From Balanoglossus misakiensis (lineage: Eukaryota > Animalia > Hemichordata): a DNA stretch of 64,000 nt. Made by a program: the position numbers and the translations under genes. The stretch is taken from contig CM082590.2 of assembly GCA_040954595.2 (NCBI GenBank), positions 6,882,001-6,946,000 on the forward strand, read 5' to 3'. Numbering within the stretch: the stretch's first letter is position 1; each line of letters begins with the position of its first letter. Shown piece after piece: positions 37,560 through 49,540 of this stretch. The notes under the pieces were generated by a model. That model was not told the origin of the DNA and searched no databases. It saw nothing but the letters and a program-made list of their open reading frames with translations.

Positions 37560-38520
37560 ATTTGTACTTGTAACATTTTATAAATTTCAAACTGTATTAT
37601 CCTACAAGTGATTTTATAATCAGTACATATATTTGCTACCTATTAGAATAACAGTACTAAACATGTAATATGTTTGATTTGATTATGTTTGTACAATATT
37701 TGTGCTTGCAACATTTTATCAGTTTGAAACTGTATTATCCTACAAGAGATTTTATAATCAGTACATATATTTGCTACCTATTAGAATAACAGTACTAAAC
37801 ATGTAATATGTTTGATTTGATTATGTTTGTACAATATTTGTGCTTGCAACATTTTATCAGTTTGAATCTGTATTATCCTACAAGAGATTTTATAATCAGT
37901 ACATATATTTGCTACCTATTAGAATAACAGTACTAAACATGTAATATGTTTGATTTGATTATGTTTGTACCTACAATATTTGTGCTTGCAACATTTTATC
38001 AGTTTGAAACTGTATTATCCTACAAGTGATTTTATAATCAGTACATATATTTGCTACCTATTAGAATAACAGTACTAAACATGTAATATGTTTGATTTGA
38101 TTATGTTTGTACAATATTTGTGCTTGCAACATTTTATCAGTTTGAAACTGTATTATCCTACAAGTGATTTTATAATCAGTACATATATTTGCTACCTATT
38201 AGAATAACAGTACTAAACATGTAATATGTTTGATTTGATTATGTTTGTACAATATTTGTGCTTGCAACATTTTATCAGTTTGAAACTGTATTATCCTACA
38301 AGTGATTTTATAATCAGTACATATATTTGCTACCTATGCGAATAACAGTACTAAACATGTAATATGTTTGATTTGATTATGTTTGTACAATATTTGTGCT
38401 TGCAACATTTTATCAGTTTGAAACTCTCTCATCCTACAAGTGATTTTATAATCAGTTCATCTCTGCTACATTTTTGAATAACATTACGAAACCTGGAGTG
38501 TGTTTGATTTGATTTTTTTC
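37560..38520. repeat. 138-bp AT-rich VNTR downstream of copy 1 (~6 full units plus a diverged terminal unit)
   Basis: Unit starts at about 37585, 37723, 37861, 38003, 38141, 38279 and 38417. Confidence 0.92.
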
Positions 38521-38806
38521 AAAAATTTGTTTATTAAAGATATTTGATTTGCGAATCCAGAATATTTGTCAATGAGTCACTACTCACTGTGAAGAGAGGA
38601 TTGTGTGGGGTTGAAGAACAATTTTGGAGCGATAAAACGGGCTGACTGAATTCTTATATGAATGCTGTTCCCATTTTCAAACAAGTATAAACTGTTAAAT
38701 GAAAATTAGAACAGTATAGGGCGTACACAAGATGCCTGGGTCCTTACTAAAAAACGACGGTTATGAGACGCACTGTTAATTTTCGTGTCATTGGCAGGAT
38801 TGAGCT

Positions 38807-38870
38807 TGTGTGTGTGTGTGTGTGCGTGTGCATTTGTGTATATGTGTGTGTGTGTGTGTGCGTCCGTGCA
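38807..38870. repeat. Interrupted (TG)n microsatellite; paralogous copies at ~43553-43685, 48218-48328, 53537-53602, 58151-58243 and 63063-63210
   Basis: TG dinucleotide runs at the same position in every unit, with variable length. Confidence 0.93.
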
Positions 38871-39047
38871 TGCCAAACTTGAACCTCATAATTAGGTGTA
38901 AGCCTACAGTGTTTGAGTGAAGGCCCTGTCATTATGTGCACGCTCTTTTTGCTTTCAATTTACATTTAATGCTGCATTCATTCAAAACAATTCAACTTTA
39001 TAACTGCGTTGCTATTCACTCCATGCAGGCCTATGTATTTGTAAACA

Positions 39048-39059
39048 AAAAGTGAAACT
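39048..39059 (+). promoter_or_regulatory. IRF-element-like motif AAAAGTGAAACT about 1 kb upstream of the next TRIM ATG
   Basis: Resembles the IRF1/2 consensus AAAGYGAAASY. Also at 43863, 48506 (first base C), 53780, 58422 and 63389. Recurrence is expected from duplication, and function is unproven. Confidence 0.25.
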
Positions 39060-40078
39060 AAGAATATTGGATCGTGAGCTCCCTGTGGTTTGAGAAATCT
39101 GGCAAGCCTTGTACAGAGAGAAGAGACAAATGTATAGAAACACAGTTTTCTAAAGATTGACCGATATTTGCATCCAACGTCCAACCTGTTTTAGTGACGT
39201 AGGCATTCAGCATAGGGCTGAAGTGGCGAGCGACCTCTGGGTCGAGCGTCATTGACGCGAAACATTGCCATGGAAACAGTGAGTAAAATGACACAAGCGG
39301 CCGACGATAGTCTACGTCCACTTAGTATCGCAGAAAATAATTCTTTGGAGAATTCGTTCATGTTTGTGGTCTGTTCCTGAATGGGTTTTTGAATACTCAA
39401 CGCAAGAGTTCAAACGAGGTCAGGGCTCTTTGCCGTTCAATTCTGTTCACACCACAGGCGCTCATAATATTCTTGTGATAGTAATCTTTATGTCTTTATG
39501 ACTTTTCAATTCAATAAAAACATGGCCATAGCCACTCGGTCGTTTATACTTGTACAGTACTATCATGTACTATGATTCTGTATTTAATAGGCAAGTCATG
39601 AAGACATTCTACATATATGACTATCACAACATTATTACCAGCGCCTGTGGTTCACACTAGACTATGTGCTGGGGACTCTGATATATAATGGTTCTTTGAT
39701 CAGAACCACCAAAAATTACTTTCTGGAACACATATGTTTCATTTTACGGACGCATACTGTATCAGATATACAATAAGTTCCATAAGAACAATGTAATGCT
39801 ATCTAATCAATCTCCCAGACCCCCACCCACCACAGTTATCAAGTGGTCCAGCCGTTAGTTCAAATGAGGTCATCGTTATCGCTCATTCACTTCTGTTCAC
39901 ACTAGACTATGCACAGGGGACAGGGCTTATCATATTCGCGTGTCAAACCTTTGACAGTTCAGTAAACATTGCACTACAGGGGAACAGGTATATACACCAG
40001 ACTTTGTGGAATCGCGTCACATGATTTCTGTACTGGTACACACAGGTACAGAAAGGCGTTCACCTCACATCAACAGCT

Positions 40079-42310
40079 ATGGCAGCCAAAGAGTCCAAGT
40101 TCTTGGCGGAAATCGACACTAATTTTCTCTCCTGTACTATCTGCTCGGAGCGATACAAGAATGCTAAACAGCTACCGTGTCTGCACAGCTTCTGCGAGCC
40201 GTGTCTGGGGAAGCTGGCAGAGAAAAGTAGCGTCATAGCCTGTCCAATATGTCGGCGTTCATACCAACTTCCTGATAGTGGCGTGGCAGGTATCGGTGGC
40301 AATGCATTCGTCAACGAATTGGTGGAAGTGTTTAGAAAACGCGAAGAGGGAACCAACAGGTCCAGAAAATGCGAGAGCTGTGATCAGAATGAGATTACAA
40401 ATCATTGCATCGAGTGTGATGTTAATATGTGCAGTAACTGCGCTCTTGCACATACTCGCTTGAAGGTGACAAAATCACACCGTCTGATGACCTTGGAAGA
40501 GTTCGAGTCTGCAAAGTCCGCTGACCTCGCTTCAGTTCAGCCACCGATCTACTGTTCTGCTCACCCTAACTACGAAGTCGAATTCTACTGCGACACGTGC
40601 GACAAAGGTATCTGTCTCAAATGCACGGCTATAGATCATCCAATCACCGAGCATAAATACAGATACTTGAAAGACGCAGCCACTGAATACTGCAAAGATC
40701 TGACAGAAGTAATCGACAAAGTGAAAGTGAAAGAAGACGAAGCCAGCCACAGCAAAGCCGTAGTCACGGAGACGGCCGAATCTCTCGACAGCTGTTATCA
40801 GACAGAGAACAAGAAAATGAAAGAACACATCCAGAAAACAATCGATGACGTCACTCGCATGATTCGTGAAAATGGTGACAAACTTCTTGGAGAGCTGAAA
40901 GATGAATACGATAGAAGGAAAGTCAACTTAAATGCACAACTGAAAGAACTGGAGTTTGCAGAGAGTGACATGTCAAATGCAAGAGAGTATGCTGAGAAAC
41001 TGATGCATTTTGGGAATGCAGCGCAGTTGATGTCAGCCAGGAAAGGGATTGCCACTCAAATGAAAGAATTGCTGAGAATGGAGACGAAAATTGACCCGAC
41101 TGAGACTGACTACATGGAGTTCAAACCGTGTGATGATTTCTGTAAAACAAAAACTTTGGGTGTAATATCCACATCAAATCCTGTACCAGCTGATAACTGC
41201 AGTCTGGTCGATGTTCCTGAATTTGCGAGAGTTGATGAAGATATCACCATCACCCTAGCAACAGAGGTCAAGCAGAGAAAAGAAACGCACGAAGAAGTAG
41301 AATTAGTAGAGGCAGTCTTGAAGAAACCAGACGACAGCCAAGAAGGCATGGAAACAACAAATAATGCTGATGGAACATGGAGTTTGAAAACCCGTGCCAA
41401 GATGACAGGAAATCATGAAGTCTCAGTGTCGGTATCCAAGAAACCAGTCAAAGGGTCACCAGTTACAATCAATGTTATTCCACAGAAAGGTTTGATTTGT
41501 AAATTTGGTCAGCAAGGGTCGGGAGTTGGTCAGTTGAGTGGCCCATGGGGAGTCATGGCAACCAGGGATGGCAATGTTAGGGTGTGTGATAGATATAATA
41601 ATAGATTACAGACATTCACACAACATGGCCAACATAGATGTACAACCACGTTCAGTAATATTTCAACCAAAGTTTGTCCAACATTTTCAGCTGCATCAGA
41701 GAATGGAAGTATCTTTACTACTGATGACAGTGGTAAGCAAGTAATCATGCATGATGAGAATGGTAGAGTGATGCGTTGTTTCGGCAAAGGTGAGATTAAA
41801 TACCCGTTCGGAATTGCGATACATCCTGTCAATGGGAGGGTCTATGTTGTCGATTTGGGGGGTCACTGTGTACACATCTACAACAAAAATGGTGATCATT
41901 ACAAGTCTTTTGGCACTCCAGGTCAAAGTCAAGGTGAGATGTCCCACCCTGTAGGCATCAGTATTGATGCTGCAGGGAAAGTGTTTGTATCAGATCAAGG
42001 CAATCACCGTATTCAAGTGTTTGATGCTGAGGGTGGATATCTGTACAGCTTTGGAAGTCAAGGGTCAGGTGATAATCAGATGAGTTGCCCCTGGGGGATA
42101 TCACATGACAGTGATGGCAACGTGTATGTGTGTGATTGGGGTAATCACAGAGTGATGAAGTATGAGTCAGATGGTCAATTCATTGGTCGCATTGACAGTG
42201 ATGATGATAGGGTAGAATCTCCAAGGAGTATCTGTGTGACCGATGACAAGCCATTTGGCAATGTTATCGTGTCTAGTGCGAACGGATATGTGAAGGTGTT
42301 TGCTCAGTGA
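40079..42310 (+). CDS. TRIM-NHL E3 ligase, copy 2, 743 aa
   Basis: Intact ORF with the same domain order and two single-codon insertions relative to copy 1. Confidence 0.96.
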   Translation: MAAKESKFLAEIDTNFLSCTICSERYKNAKQLPCLHSFCEPCLGKLAEKSSVIACPICRRSYQLPDSGVAGIGGNAFVNELVEVFRKREEGTNRSRKCESCDQNEITNHCIECDVNMCSNCALAHTRLKVTKSHRLMTLEEFESAKSADLASVQPPIYCSAHPNYEVEFYCDTCDKGICLKCTAIDHPITEHKYRYLKDAATEYCKDLTEVIDKVKVKEDEASHSKAVVTETAESLDSCYQTENKKMKEHIQKTIDDVTRMIRENGDKLLGELKDEYDRRKVNLNAQLKELEFAESDMSNAREYAEKLMHFGNAAQLMSARKGIATQMKELLRMETKIDPTETDYMEFKPCDDFCKTKTLGVISTSNPVPADNCSLVDVPEFARVDEDITITLATEVKQRKETHEEVELVEAVLKKPDDSQEGMETTNNADGTWSLKTRAKMTGNHEVSVSVSKKPVKGSPVTINVIPQKGLICKFGQQGSGVGQLSGPWGVMATRDGNVRVCDRYNNRLQTFTQHGQHRCTTTFSNISTKVCPTFSAASENGSIFTTDDSGKQVIMHDENGRVMRCFGKGEIKYPFGIAIHPVNGRVYVVDLGGHCVHIYNKNGDHYKSFGTPGQSQGEMSHPVGISIDAAGKVFVSDQGNHRIQVFDAEGGYLYSFGSQGSGDNQMSCPWGISHDSDGNVYVCDWGNHRVMKYESDGQFIGRIDSDDDRVESPRSICVTDDKPFGNVIVSSANGYVKVFAQ

Positions 42311-42859
42311 AGTGAGAGTGAAGTGTGGAAGGAAATCAAAATGGCGAGACATGACAACAGAGAACGCCCTCCTGTGTTTGTTGTGAAGACATAAAACCAT
42401 AGCAACACAAGAAAAACAAGTATCTACGCTAAAATACACCAGTATTGCCGACAAAATTGAATCAGTCCATTACTTAGAAACCATGGACCTCACAAATTCT
42501 AACCTTTATCATTTTTATAGTTAAAGTGTCTTAACTTTTTTCAAGTTTAAACAGAACTAGATCACAATGGAAAAGAATTCTTATTGTAACAAAGAATAAT
42601 ATTAATTGCTGAATATTAACTTTGAATATAAATTTTTAAACTTAAAATTTAATGTTAGTCTTCTGATAATGAAAGCGTACTTTGCTGCCAATTAATTTGA
42701 GAGGAATCAATGTTGGCAGCTGATTTTTTTTGAGGAAGAATGTTTCATTTCTGTGTGGGTTGCAACTTTTTCTTATATATCTCTAGATTTTTCAGAGAAT
42801 TTGTATAATTTGTACATTCTATGATGTTTGCTATATAAACAAGAATGTCTAATTGTTCA

Positions 42860-43260
42860 AAATTTGTACTTGTATCATTTCATTAATTTCAAACTGTATT
42901 TTCCTACAAGTGATTTTATAATCAGTACATATATTTGCTTCCTATTAGAATAACAGTACTAAACATGAAATATGTTTGATTTGATTATGTTTGTACAATA
43001 TTTGAGCTTGCAACATTTTATCATTTTGAAACTCTCTCATCCTACAAGTGATTTTATAATCAGTACATATATTTGCTACCTATTAGAATAACAGTACTAA
43101 ACATGTAATATGTTTGATTTGATTATGTTTGTTCAATATTTGGACTTGTAACATTTTATCAGTTTGAAACTCTCTCATTCTACAAATGATTTTATAATCA
43201 GTTCATCTCTGCTTCATTTTTGAATAACATTACGAAACCTGGAGTGTGTTTGATTTGATT
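42860..43260. repeat. 138-bp VNTR downstream of copy 2 (~2+1 units)
   Basis: Unit starts at about 42887, 43025 and 43163. Confidence 0.85.
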
Positions 43261-44911
43261 TTTTTCAAAAATTTGATTATTAAAGATATTTGATTTGCAA
43301 ATCCAGAATATTTGTCAATGAGTCACTACTCACTGTGAAGAGAGGATTGTGTGGGGTTGAAGAACAATTTTGGAGCGATAAAACGGGCTGACTGAATTCT
43401 TATATGAATGCAGTTCCCATTTTCAAACAAGTTTAAAATGTTAAATGAAAATTAGAACAGTATAGGGCGTACACAAGATGCCCGGGTCTGTACTCAAAAA
43501 CGACGGTTATGAGACGCACTGTCAATTTTCGTGTTATTGGCAGGATTGAGCTTGTGTGTGTGTTTGTGTGTGCGTGCATTTGTGTGTGTGTGTGCGTGTG
43601 CATGTGTGTGTATGTGTGTTCATGTGTGTGTGCCTGCATGTGCCTCTGTGTATGTGTGTGTGTGTGTGCATGTGCGTCCGTGCATGCCAAACTTGAACCC
43701 CATAATTAGGTGTAAGCCTACAGTGTTTGAGTGAAGGCCCTGTCATTATGTGCACACTCTTTTTGCTTTCAATTTACATTTAATGTTGCATTCATTCAAA
43801 ACAATTACACTTTATACCTGCGTTGCTATTCACTCCATGCAGGCCTAATGTATTTGTAAACAAAAAGTGAAACTAAAAATTTCGGATCACGAGCTCACTA
43901 TGGTTTGAGAAATCTGGCAAGCCTTGTACAGAGAGAAGAGACAAATGTATAGAAACACAGTTTTCTAAAGATTGACCGATATTTGCATCCAACGTCCAAC
44001 TTGTTTTAGTGACGTAGGCATTCAGCATAGGGCTGAAGTGGCAAGCGACCTCTGGGTCGAGCGTCATTGACGCGAAACATTGCCATGGAAACAGTGAGTA
44101 AAACGGCACAAGCGACTGACGATAGTCTACGTCCACCAAGTATCGCAGAAAATAATTCTTTGGAGAATTCATTCATGTTTGTGGTCTGTTCCTGAATGGG
44201 TTTTTGAATACTCAACGCGAGAGTTCAAACGAGGTCAGGGCTCTTTGCGCGTTCAATTCTGTTCACACCACAGGCGCTCCTAATGTTTTTGTGATAGTAA
44301 TCATTATGTCTTTATGACTTTTCAATTCAATAAAAAACATGGCCATAGCCACTTGGTCGTTTATACTTGTACAGTACTATCATGTACATTGATTCTGTAT
44401 TTAATAGGCAAGTCATCAAGACATTCTACATATATGACTATCACAACATTATTGTCAGCGCCTATGGTTCACACTAGACTATGGGCTGGGGACTATGTGT
44501 CAGATATATAATGGTTCTTTGATCAAAACCACCAAAAATTACTTTTTGGAACATATGTTACTTCATTTTCCGGACGCATACTGTGTCAGATATAGAATAG
44601 TTCCATAAGAACAATGTAATGCTATCTAATCAATCTCCCAGACCCCCACCCACCACAGTTATCAAGTGGTCCAGCCGTTAGTTCAAACGAGGTCATCGTT
44701 ATCGCTCATTCACTTCTGTTCACACTAGACTATGCACAGGGGACAGGGCTTATCATATACGCGTGTCAAACCTTTGACAGTTCAGTAAACATTGCACTAC
44801 GGGGGAGGGGAACAGGTATATACACCAGACTTTGTGGAATCGCGTCACATGATTTCTGTACTGGTACACACAGGTACAGAAAGGCGTTCACCTCACATCA
44901 ACAGCTACTGT

Positions 44912-47137
44912 ATGGCAGCCAAAGAGTCCAAGTTCTTGGCGGAAATCGACACTAATTTTCTCTCCTGTACTATCTGCTCGGAGCGATACAAGAATGCTAA
45001 ACAGCTACCGTGTCTGCACAGCTTCTGCGAGCCGTGTCTGGGGAAGCTGGCAGAGAAAAGTAGCGTCATAGCCTGTCCAATATGTCGGCGTTCATACCAA
45101 CTTCCTGATAGTGGCGTGGCAGGTATCGGTGGCAATGCATTCGTCAACGAATTGGTGGAACTGTTTAGAAAACGCGAAGAGGGAACCAACAGGTCCAGAA
45201 AATGCGAGAGCTGTGATCAGAATGAGATTACAAATCATTGCATCGAGTGTGATGTTAATATGTGCAGTAACTGCGCTGTTGCACATACTCGCTTGAAGGT
45301 GACAAAATCACACCGTCTGATGACCTTGGAAGAGTTCGAGTCTGCAAAGTCCACTGACCTCGCTTCAGTTCAGCCACCGATCTACTGTTCTGCTCACCCT
45401 AACAACGAAGTCAAATTCTACTGCGACACGTGTGAGGTAGCGATCTGTCTGGAATGCACGGCTATAGATCATCCAATCACCGAGCATAAATACAGATACT
45501 TGAAAGACGCAGCCACTGAATACTGCAAAGATCTGACAGAAGTCATCGACAAAGTGAAAGTGAAAGAAGACGAAGCCAGCCACAGCAAAGCCGTAGTCAT
45601 GGAGACGGCCGAATCTCTCGACAGCTGTTATCACACAGAGAACAAGAAAATGAAAGAACACATCCAGAAAACAATCGATGACGTCACTCGCATGATTCGT
45701 GAAAATGGTGACAAACTTCTTGGAGAGCTGAAAGATGAATACGATAGAAGGAAAGTCAACTTAAATGCACAACTGAAAGAACTGGAGTTTGCAGAGAGTG
45801 ACATGTCAAATGCAAGAGAGTATGCTGAGAAACTGATGCATTTTGGGAATGCAGCGCAGTTGATGTCAGCCAGGAAAGGGATTGCCAATCAAATGGAAGA
45901 ATTGCTGAGAATGGAGACGAAAATTGACCCGACTGAGACTGACTACATGGAGTTCAAACCATGTGATGATTTCTGTAGAACAAAAACTGTGGGTGTAATA
46001 TCCACATCCCTGGTCACAGCTGATAACTGCAGTCTGGTTGATGTTCCCGAATTTGCGAGAGTTGATGAAGATATCACCATCACCCTAGCAACAGAGGTCA
46101 AGCAGAGAAAAACATCGCACAAAGAAGTAAAAGTAGAGGCAGTCTTGAAGAAACCAGACGACAGCCAAGAAGACATGGAAACAACAAATAATGGTGATGG
46201 AACATGGAGTTTGAAAACCCGTGCCAAGATGACAGGAAATCATGAAGTCTCAGTGTCGGTATCCAAGAAACCAGTCAAAGGGTCACCAGTTACAATCAAT
46301 GTTATTCCACAGAAAGGTTTGATTTGTAAATTTGGTCAGGAAGGGTCGGGAGTGGGGCAGTTGAGTAATCCATGGGGAGTCAAGGCAACCAGGGATGGCA
46401 ATGTTAGGGTGTGTGATAGTGATAATAATAGATTACAGACATTCACTCAACATGGCCAACATAGATGTACAACCACGTTCAGTAATATTTCAACCAAAGT
46501 TCGTCAACGGTTTTCAGCTGCATCAGAGGATGGAAGTATCTTTACTACTGATTACAGTGGTAAGCAAGTAATCGTGCATGATGAGAATGGTAGAGTGTTG
46601 CGTTGTTTCGGCAAAGGTGTGATTAAATACCCATTCGGAATTGCGATACATCCTGTCAATGGGAGGGTCTATGTTGTCGATAATGGGGGTCACTGTGTAC
46701 ACATCTACAACAAAAATGGTGATCATTACAAGTCTTTTGGCACTAAAGGTCAAAGTCAAGGTCAGATGTCCTACCCTATAGGCATCAGTATTGATGCTGC
46801 AGGGAAAGTGTTTGTATCAGATCAATACAATCACCGTATTCAAGTGTTTGATGCTGAGGGTGGATATCTGTACAGCTTTGGAAGTGAAGGGTCAGGTGAT
46901 AATCAGATGAGTCGCCCCTGGGGGATATCACATGACAGTGATGGCAACGTGTATGTGTGTGATTACGGTAATCACAGAGTGATGAAGTATGAGTCAGATG
47001 GTCAATTCATTGGTCGCATTGACAGTGATGATGATAGGGTAGAATATCCAGCAGGTATCTGTGTGACCGATGACAAGCCATTTGGCAATGTTATCGTGTC
47101 TAGTCGGAACGGATATGTGAAGGTGTTTGCTCAGTGA
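44912..47137 (+). CDS. TRIM-NHL E3 ligase, copy 3, 741 aa
   Basis: ATG of MAAKES at 44912. The ORF-track start at 44792 is a TTG and is not used. Confidence 0.96.
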   Translation: MAAKESKFLAEIDTNFLSCTICSERYKNAKQLPCLHSFCEPCLGKLAEKSSVIACPICRRSYQLPDSGVAGIGGNAFVNELVELFRKREEGTNRSRKCESCDQNEITNHCIECDVNMCSNCAVAHTRLKVTKSHRLMTLEEFESAKSTDLASVQPPIYCSAHPNNEVKFYCDTCEVAICLECTAIDHPITEHKYRYLKDAATEYCKDLTEVIDKVKVKEDEASHSKAVVMETAESLDSCYHTENKKMKEHIQKTIDDVTRMIRENGDKLLGELKDEYDRRKVNLNAQLKELEFAESDMSNAREYAEKLMHFGNAAQLMSARKGIANQMEELLRMETKIDPTETDYMEFKPCDDFCRTKTVGVISTSLVTADNCSLVDVPEFARVDEDITITLATEVKQRKTSHKEVKVEAVLKKPDDSQEDMETTNNGDGTWSLKTRAKMTGNHEVSVSVSKKPVKGSPVTINVIPQKGLICKFGQEGSGVGQLSNPWGVKATRDGNVRVCDSDNNRLQTFTQHGQHRCTTTFSNISTKVRQRFSAASEDGSIFTTDYSGKQVIVHDENGRVLRCFGKGVIKYPFGIAIHPVNGRVYVVDNGGHCVHIYNKNGDHYKSFGTKGQSQGQMSYPIGISIDAAGKVFVSDQYNHRIQVFDAEGGYLYSFGSEGSGDNQMSRPWGISHDSDGNVYVCDYGNHRVMKYESDGQFIGRIDSDDDRVEYPAGICVTDDKPFGNVIVSSRNGYVKVFAQ

Positions 47138-49540
47138 AGTGAGAGTGAAGTGTGGAAGGAAATCAAAATGGCGAGACATGCCAACAGATAACGCCCTCCT
47201 CTGTTTGTTGTGAAGATATAAAACCATAGCAACACAAGAAAAACAAGTATCTACACTAAAATACACCAATATTGCCGATATATTGAATCAGTCCATTATA
47301 CTTAGAACCCATGGACCTCACAAATTCTAAACTTTATTTTTTATAGTTAAAGTATCATGACTTTTTTTTAAGTTTAAACAGAACTAGATCACCATGGAAA
47401 AGAATTCTTATTGTCACAAATGATAATATTAATTCCTGAATATAAATTTTTAAACTTAAAAGTCAATGTTAGTCTTCTGATAATGAAAGCGTACTTAGCC
47501 GTTAATTAATTTGAGAGGAATTAATGTTGGCAGATGATTTTTTTGAGGAAGAATGTTTCATTTCTGTGTGGGTTGTAAAGTTTTCGTATATATCTTTACA
47601 TTTCACGGAGAATTTGTATATTTTATGATGTTTGCTACATAAACAAGAACGTATATTTTTTCAATATTTGTACTTGTATCATTTTATAAATTTGAAACTG
47701 TATTATCCTACAAGTGATTTTATAATCAGTACATATATTTGCTTCCTATTCGAATGACAGTACTAAATATTTAATATGTTTGATTTGATTATGTTTGTAC
47801 AATATTTGTGCTTGCAACATTTTATGAGTTTGAAACTCTCTCATCCTACAAATGATTTTATAATCAGTTCATCTCTGCTACATTTTTGAATAACAATACG
47901 AAACCTGGAGTGTGTTTGATTTGATTTTTTTTTTTAATTTGATTATTAAAGATATTTGATTTGCAAATCCAAAATTTTTGTCAATGAGTCACTACTCACT
48001 GTGAAGAGAGGATTGTGTGGGGTTGAAGAACAATCTTGGAGCGATAAAACGGGCTGACTGAATTCTTCTATGAATGCTGTTCCCATTTTCAAACAAGTTT
48101 AAAATGTTAAATGAAAATTAGAACAGTATAGGGCGTACACAAGATGCCTGGGGCTGTACTCAAAAACGACGGTTATGAGACGCACTGTCAATTTTCGTGT
48201 TATTGGCAGGATTGAGCTTGTGTGTGTGTTCGTGTGTGCGTGCATTTGTGTGTGTGTATGTGTGCGTGTGTGTGCATGTGTGTGCGTGTGCATCTGTGTA
48301 TATGTGTGTGTGTGTGTGCGTCCGTGCATGCCAAACTTGAACCCCATAATTAGGTGTAAGCCTACAGTGTTTGAGTGAAGGCCCTGTCATTATGTGCACG
48401 CTCTTTTTGCTTTCAATTTACATTTAATGCTGTATTCATTCAAAACAATTACACTTTATACCTGCGTTGCTATTCACTCCATGCAGGCCTATGTATTTGT
48501 AAACACAAAGTGAAACTAAGAATATTGGATCGTGAGCTCCCTGTGGTTTGAGAAATCTGACAAGCCTTACACAGAGAGAAGAGACAAATGTATAGAAACA
48601 CAGTTTTCTAAAGATTGACCGATATTTGCATCCAACGTCCAACTTGTTTTAGTGACGTTGGCATTCAGCATAGGGCTGAAGTGGCGAGCGACCTCTGGGT
48701 CGAGCGTCATAGACACGAAACATTGCCATGGAAACAATGAGCAAAACGGCACAAGCGACTGACGGTAATCTACGTCCACAAAGTATCACAAAAAATAATT
48801 CTTTGGAGAATTGATTAATGTTTGTGGTCTGTTCCTGAATGGGTTTTTGAATACTCAACGCGAGAGTTCAAACGAGGTCAGGGCTCTTTGCGCATTCAAT
48901 TCTGTTCACACCACAGGCCCTCGTAATATACTTGTGATAGTAATCTTTATGTCTTTATTACTTTTCAATTAAATAAAAAACATGGCCATAGCCACTCAGT
49001 CATTAATACTTGTACAGTACTTGTACTTTGGTTCTATATTTAATAGGAAAGTCATCAAGACATTCTACATATATGACTATCACAACATTATTACCAGCGC
49101 CTGTGGTTCACACTAGACTATGTGCTGGGGACTATGTGTCAGATATATAATGGTTCTTTGATCAAAACCACCAAAAATAACTTTCTGGAACACATTTCAT
49201 TTCATTTTCCGGACGCATACTGTGTCAGATATACAATAGTTCCTTAAGAACAATGGAATGCTATCTAATCAATCTCCCAGACCCCCACCCACCACAGTTA
49301 TCAAGTGGTCCAGCCGTTAGTTCAAACGAGGTCATCGTTATCGCTCGTTCACTTCTGTTCACACTAGACTATGCACAGGGGACAGGGCTTATCATATACG
49401 CGTGTCAAACCTTTGACAGTTCAGTAAACATTGCACTACGGGGGAACAGGTATATACACCAGACTTTGTGGAATCGCGTCACATGATTTCTGTACTGGTA
49501 CACACAGGTACAGAAAGGCGTTCACCTCACATCAACAGCT

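Noticed and set aside
44792-44911. 40-aa N-terminal extension of TRIM copy 3
   Set aside because: It starts at TTG and is in frame only because of small copy-specific insertions. It is absent from the other five copies.
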